In this document: positions 58,305 through 64,000 of the stretch, in pieces
Position numbering within the stretch: the first letter of the stretch is position 1
Layout of the letters: the number at the start of each line of letters is the position of its first letter
Assembly: GCA_040285855.1 (NCBI GenBank)
Contig: JAUFOQ010000016.1
Coordinates: forward strand, 620,001 to 684,000
Direction of reading: 5' to 3'
From: Eukaryota sp. GEM-RC1
Taxonomy: Eukaryota
DNA: 64,000 nucleotides
Notes under the pieces: model-generated
The model's database searches: none
What the model was told of the DNA's origin: nothing
What the model saw: the letters and a program-made list of their open reading frames with translations, nothing else
Made by a program: the position numbers and the translations under genes

Positions 58305-61300
58305 TTAAATTCTAGGGTCACCCAAAAGTTCGATACTGTCGTCTGAGTCAGTATCACTATCTTGAGAATCCTCAACTTCATCTTCTTCATAACTCTGTGA
58401 CAGAAGATCTTTGTTTTCTTCTTCAAAAACATCAGTTTCTTCATACTCAGAAAGGGAAATTTCCAATTCCTCAAATTCTTCCACCACATTATCTTCCTTT
58501 TCACTAACAACTGGGCTAGTCTCCTCAACTTTCTTCTTTCCACCACTCTTCAATTCAATGGGCACCTCGCCTTCACACCCATCAATAATATACTCTAACT
58601 GCGCTATTTCAGTGGGATGAGGCTTAATGAGAATTTTAAGTTTGGAAAACAACGTGATATTCCAATCAAAAACTGTGCATTTAGGATTTGAAGTCTTTGA
58701 AACGGGATTGCTGAAGGCATATTTCTTTTGAAAGAATTAGCAACATTTGAGTCTTTGTTAACTCTAATCTTCATTATAGGAATAGTTTCGTCATCAACAA
58801 GTTGATAAACACGTGGGAATTTGACCGCTCCAGAATCAACACGTGTGTCCAAGGCATAATCAGGAATGTAAATATCGAAATAATTGCCTGATATACTGAT
58901 GACGTAAGCATCAGCATGCACACCTCCGTTAAACCTCTCCTTGATGAAATTTCCGAGCCATAATAGATATGAATCGTCATCAGCTTTTCTAGCTTCATAC
59001 TTCCTCTCATTGCAAAGAGAGACAACTGAAGAAAGTTCATCTTTCTTAGGTACACCGTATTTAATCAGAATTGATTGAATATCGTCATCACTGAGCTCCT
59101 CTCCTGCAGTTTTCCTTTTATCAATTTCGATTGCGGCTGACAACTGTCGATGAACAATCACGTCAGGATAACGTCTGATTGGGGAAGTGAAATGAGTGTA
59201 AAAGGGCATTGAAAGGCCATAATGAGTGAACTCATCGGTGCTGGTGCGATCTGAAAGCGAAGGAACCAAAATGTACTTCGCAAGATTCATAGTTTTAGTA
59301 CTCATGATTTGGAAAATATCTTCAAATAATTCTGGTGGAATTCTGTTACTCAAAGCCAAGTTTCCATCCTTATATGCTTGAGCCACAGTCAACATTGTCT
59401 GACCAAAAGACTTGGAATCAGAGAAATCTCCTTCAGTTCCTAGTAGTTGAAGCCAATTCCTAATAACATCCAGCTTCATCTCACTTGGACATTCGTGACA
59501 ACGTCCAAGGGACCAAGGGAGATTTGAAGAGAGGAATTTAGAGACGGAAGCATTTGCAAGAAGCATAAACTCTTCAATAAGTTTGTTGGCTTCGTATTGT
59601 TGTAGAACAATAGGTTCAATTGCTTCAAAAGTTTCTCTGTCCACTCTCATTCGCATCTTCTTCTTTGAGAATCCAACAGCTCCATTCTCTTTACGATTAA
59701 GAGACAACTTCTTGGAGATTGTGTACAAGAGAGCAACATCTTCTTCAATCTGTTCCTCAGTGACATTTTGATTGGCAATCTCCATACCAGATGGCAGACA
59801 ATCATGTTCCGGAGGCTCATAATCAACAAGACCCTTCTTGACTAGAATACGTTGACAATCTCCATAAGCTAAACGAGCACTCGGCTGAATAAAGGTTTTG
59901 GTGAACTTAAAAGAAAGAGCTTTGCCTGAGGCTATTTCAAGATCAACAAATACTGAAAAGGCATTCTTTTCATCTTTTCAAGTGAACAAACCATTTCAGA
60001 TAGAATATCTGGTAGCATCTTAACAACTCTATCAGGAAGATATACAGATGTAGTTCTCAATTTAGCAATATTATCCATGGCTGACCCGGGGGCTAGGTAA
60101 TGGGTCACGTCAGCAATGTGAATACCAACTCTAGCAGTATCATTGTCAAGTAATTCCACTGACAATGCATCATCTAAATCCTTAGCAGTAACAGGGTCTA
60201 TGGAAACCACTCGTAAGTGACTGCAATCAAGTCGATCAGCACTACGTGGTTGCTTTTGAATAGCTTGGATTGATTTGGTCACGTCATCAACGATCACGTC
60301 ATCAAATTCAGTGTCATCAACTCCATGATTGAATAAAACAACTTTTGAACCAGTGATGATGTCTTTACCATCACCTAAATACTCCTCAATTTTACCAACT
60401 GGATAGAGTGGACTTTTCCAATGAGAGATTGAAACGATATAGAGATGATCCTTAACCAGTTCGAAAGATGAAGTGTTGGGCATGGAGATTATAGGTACAG
60501 ACTTGTCAAGTGGAACGAAGCAAGATGATGGGGAAGGAGAGTTTTTGTTGGGAGGCTGATACTTGCAAATGAATTTGGAATTCTTGATAGAGACCAAACC
60601 AACAACTTTACCAGTAGCTTGCGTAAACGAAGATGGTGTGGAATCGTCGTCGTTTGCAGAAGGCTTGGCTGTTTTAGTAATCCATTTGTCTTTTGGCTTC
60701 CAACTTAGTAAGGGTAATGTCGCCTTTAAGAGCAGTGTTACGGGATGAACGAGAGTCGTAGATAAGGTCACGTTCAGGAATGAGATAGCACATAGATTCA
60801 GCAGGAATACCGAGGAGCAGAGAGGCATGGTCTTTATCAATAGGAACTCCGAATATGGTGTGACCAGTTCTAGGAACATGGATACGAGTAAGAGTGTAGT
60901 TGTGAGCGGAATTAGGGTCAGTTACAAGCTGTTTGATTTTTTCCAAGCTGAAGAGCGAAACTTTTGAGGTACTTTGGGGTTGAGATTTGCTTGAGGGTGT
61001 TGAACGTTGAAAGACTCGTTTGGGGGCTTGACGAGGGGCAGACTTCCCCTGTGAACCAGCATCCTCCCTCTTACCAGTAGAGTCCGAAGGTTTGGGATTC
61101 TTGCGTTGTTTCTGGTTTTGTGGAGGTCTTCTGTTCTTATTAGAGGAAATCTGGGGAGGCTGGTTATTCTCATTCACGAGCACCTTGGGATTGCTACTGT
61201 AAGGACAAACAGGGTCAGAAACTCCCCAATGTGTGGAAGAAATTGGAATGGGCTGTTGGTTTGTTCCCCTAGAGCGGTTCTCCGGTACAGAAGGACCATC

Positions 61301-61354
61301 AAGACCACCAAACGGGTCAACAGCAGAGAATTTAGATCGTCTTGGTCTTGGCAT
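58305..61354 (-). CDS. DIS3L2: DIS3L2-like RNB-family 3'-5' exoribonuclease, three frameshifts
   Basis: SIDPVTAKDLDDALS, GIHIADV, TTSVYL, LIEEFMLLAN, HYGL, YTHFTSPIRRYPDVIVHR. No PIN domain. Shifts at A-runs near 60692, 59976 and 58727. Confidence 0.9.
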
Positions 61355-61807
61355 AGGAGCAAAGAATACAACAATTTAAAATTTGTAACTGCTTTCCAGG
61401 GGTTTGTTCCAATTAACCATTGCTGTGTAACGAATATTCAAACAATTTGCTATCTACATGACATGGTTTCTAAGAGTCGTTGATATTCGACACAAAGAAT
61501 ACTGCTGTGTAGTGCCCGCTGTTATCACATGTTACAGTATTAGGAAAAACAGGTGTGTGTGTTGAGTATTAAATTGATAGAATACTACTAGTAGTACCTT
61601 ATCTTGACTTCTCTAACACTATACTACTTCATTAGGAACCACTAACATTGTGAGATGTAACTCTCGACAGGTACTTGGGTTGAATTTTGAACCATTGATT
61701 ATTCATTCTGTGATTGATGCAGCAACCACTATAAAGCACTCTTCAACGATATATAATCATCTAAATATACATTTATACCGGTCAAAATTTATCTAAATAA
61801 TACAACG

Positions 61808-62338
61808 CTAGTGTTTGAGCAAAAACTTAATAATCTTTTCAAGACCATTACCAGTCTTTCCGGAGGAGGACACAATGAGATATTCTCTGTCAGCCGAGGA
61901 AGAAACGACTGCGGAAAGATGACGTGAGATTTGATCGGCTGAAAGACTTCCCTTAATATCGTTCTTATTGGCCAATATGAGCAGTGGAACATTTTTGCTT
62001 GATTCTACTTGAAGAACATGTTCCTTCAAAATCTGGAGACTTTGACTGAGATTATCGTAGTCGGAAGCGTCAATGACAAAGACAATGATAGACGCGGTAC
62101 TGTAATACTGCCTCCAATGGAACCGAAAAGGTTTAGCGCCGGACATATCAAGGAGATTGAAAGGAACGTTTTCTATGCGAGCTGTCTCACTGTGAATACC
62201 AATCGTGGGCACAGACTCTAGAGCAGGAAAATCAGAATCTTGGTGGACAAGACGGCGAATAAGAGTCGTTTTTCCAGCATTAGTGTTTCCACAGACAACA
62301 ATGTCTTTGGGTTTGGGTTTGGAGCCGAAACAGCCCAT
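61808..62338 (-). CDS. ARL6: Arf-like small GTPase, ARL6/BBS3-like
   Basis: MG N-terminus, GNTNAGKT, PTIG, DMSGA...WRQYY, FVIDASD, LANKND, SGKTG. The DMSG motif suggests ARL6. Confidence 0.7.
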   Translation of the reverse strand: MGCFGSKPKPKDIVVCGNTNAGKTTLIRRLVHQDSDFPALESVPTIGIHSETARIENVPFNLLDMSGAKPFRFHWRQYYSTASIIVFVIDASDYDNLSQSLQILKEHVLQVESSKNVPLLILANKNDIKGSLSADQISRHLSAVVSSSADREYLIVSSSGKTGNGLEKIIKFLLKH

Positions 62339-62391
62339 GTATCTACAAGAAACTAGAACTGGAAGATTGTCCGTCAAAAGTTTTCTCCCAA

Positions 62392-63090
62392 ATGGATTTA
62401 TGTCAGCAATGCTTTTCTCTGCTTTCGACACAGTATTCTCTGCCATCTGATCATTATAAACGCTTCAAGACTTTTTCTGTTCTAGAGACCAAAATATCTG
62501 ATTCTCAGAAGCTTTTCCTTCAGCAAATGAAGTGTTTGGCTGAGTCTTGTCAGTATATAGATTCTATTTCATCATACTCCATTCCTGAACATCGATTATT
62601 TTCATCAAAAGTTGTTCCGCTGATACATAATATGATTTATCCTTCCTCATCCTCTTCAGTTACTCCTAATTTCTTACACTCTCTAATTGTAACTACTCAT
62701 ACATCCTTGGATATGCTAGAATCCATATTATTTAGAATAGGCCAATTTCTATTTTCTTACTGTATTGAATGTTCTCCCCCTGTAGATACCTTTCTCCTTT
62801 GCCACAGCGTTCTTTCTTTAGTTTTACAGCTAGTATCTGTTGTTCTTTCCGATTCTCCATCAGAATTATCACGTGCAGGAATTCGCTCTTCGAGTCATCT
62901 TTTGATACTATTATGGTGTGGGGAAGTAGCTCTGAAAGGTTTTAGTCTATTCAGCGATAATCATTTATTCTCCTTGTCTTTAAACTCCCTACAATTGTAT
63001 CTCAAGTACGCCAACCTTGCTGAAAACGGAGCTGATACTAGCTATGGAGAACGGTTGATGAGTGAGCTTTTGGATTTGGATTGTACGTAG
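62392..63090 (+). CDS. Hypothetical helical protein
   Basis: Clean 232-aa ATG-initiated ORF with no recognised motif. Confidence 0.6.
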   Translation: MDLCQQCFSLLSTQYSLPSDHYKRFKTFSVLETKISDSQKLFLQQMKCLAESCQYIDSISSYSIPEHRLFSSKVVPLIHNMIYPSSSSSVTPNFLHSLIVTTHTSLDMLESILFRIGQFLFSYCIECSPPVDTFLLCHSVLSLVLQLVSVVLSDSPSELSRAGIRSSSHLLILLWCGEVALKGFSLFSDNHLFSLSLNSLQLYLKYANLAENGADTSYGERLMSELLDLDCT

Positions 63091-63237
63091 GTTTGTTGTA
63101 CAGAATGAAATCTGTACAGAGATATTTAAATAATGTAATTTTAAATATTTGGTCTATGTTTGTGTGTAGTTCACACATAACAACTAACTAGAGTTCCTTG
63201 GATAAACAACATTGCTTCTAATAAAACACATAGTTGT

Positions 63238-63567
63238 CTACCTGAAATCACTTTCATCTAGATCATCTTCAATTGCAGCAAGCTGTTCCTGTTCTAAAAC
63301 ATAACTATTCCACACTTCTTCCAGTTCGAGAATCATAGTAGTAGCTTGATCGTGAGAGAGTTGATCTATGATGGAAAGACAGTCTCGTATTTCAGGCTGA
63401 AGACATAGATTATTGAATGTTAATTGACGTTTTTGAGCAATAAGATTAGCACGGGCTTTGTTGATACGAGAAAAGAATCTAGTGCGAGTATTGAGTTGTG
63501 TTGGGGATAAGCAGCTCGGTGGCGACCTGGCTGCTGGTGGCGAATTGAAGGTCCAACCATTTGGCAT
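63238..63567 (-). CDS. Small protein, possibly RPA-interacting protein (RPAIN)-like
   Basis: RTRFFSRINKARANLIAQKR followed by an acidic helix. ATG at 63567. Similarity is weak. Confidence 0.45.
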   Translation of the reverse strand: MPNGWTFNSPPAARSPPSCLSPTQLNTRTRFFSRINKARANLIAQKRQLTFNNLCLQPEIRDCLSIIDQLSHDQATTMILELEEVWNSYVLEQEQLAAIEDDLDESDFR

Positions 63568-63594
63568 TGAGGAACAGAAGAATTTGATGAGTTC

Positions 63595-64000
63595 ATGCTC
63601 TCGATTACCAAGCTCAAAACTGATCAGCCTCCTTTCAATGCTAGCCAATTAGCAGACCATCTACGTGTGCGAATTACTGTTCATTCTTTTAAGGACAAGT
63701 TACCTAAAGATTGTCATCCATCGGTTTTGTCTAAACCTGCTGTCCTCAGCCAGTCTTGTGAAGGGTTTGAATGGCCAGACGATGACAAGCTTCCTCTTTC
63801 CTTCAATTCTGACTCTCACTCTCTTCTTACACACAACCATCGTTTTCTTTTTGAACTAGTCGTCCAAGATGCTTTTCTTCCTACCCCTGTGGCTGTTGAT
63901 TTTCCTTCAACAAAGGGTTGGACCATTCTAGCATGGTCTTTTTTTCAATTACGCCCAAATCATCCATCAACATCCAACATTCTTTCTTCTACACTGTGTC
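63595..64000 (+). CDS. 5' part of a C2-domain protein, AHI1/jouberin-like; runs off window (absent from ORF track)
   Basis: Open frame from ATG 63595: MLSITKLKTD...LRVRITVH...FEWPDD...FLFELVVQD...GWTILAWSFFQL. Confidence 0.55.
   Translation, partial: MLSITKLKTDQPPFNASQLADHLRVRITVHSFKDKLPKDCHPSVLSKPAVLSQSCEGFEWPDDDKLPLSFNSDSHSLLTHNHRFLFELVVQDAFLPTPVAVDFPSTKGWTILAWSFFQLRPNHPSTSNILSSTLC

Noticed and set aside
13506..62450. Numerous antisense ORFs in the track (for example 13506..13859, 42223..42561, 54032..54346, 61106..61483)
   Set aside because: They are shadows of well-supported genes on the opposite strand.

Overview
AT-rich, gene-dense nuclear DNA of a flagellated microbial eukaryote using the standard genetic code. 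A metamonad-like anaerobe is an inference from the tiny introns, compact promoters and bacterial-type genes. There are about 30 protein genes: housekeeping (MetAP2, thiolase, proteasome beta7, TAF1B/RRN7-like, RPC31-like, DIS3L2, EFR3, PHO80-type cyclin, PAP2), ciliary/centrosomal (ARL6, CEP57-like, AHI1-like C2), probable bacterial acquisitions (GH13 neopullulanase, BspA-type LRR surface protein, two YwqG/DUF1963 paralogs) and modular RING/LRR/kinase/SPRY proteins. Main observations: (1) four 29-30 nt spliceosomal introns, GTWTRT...YTMACNNYAG, with the branch point at a fixed distance from the 3' splice site; (2) repeated head-to-head gene pairs with only about 27-70 bp between start codons; (3) several unrelated non-autonomous hAT-type elements, five with perfect 8-bp target-site duplications (TSDs), plus about 8 truncated copies of an RLE-type non-LTR retrotransposon; (4) an unusual H-x-I-D-x3-G-x-F module repeated within two LRR proteins; (5) about 20 single-base frameshifts, mostly at homopolymers, most likely long-read assembly errors. 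No rRNA, tRNA or CRISPR array was seen. Family assignments rest on motif recognition, not database searches.
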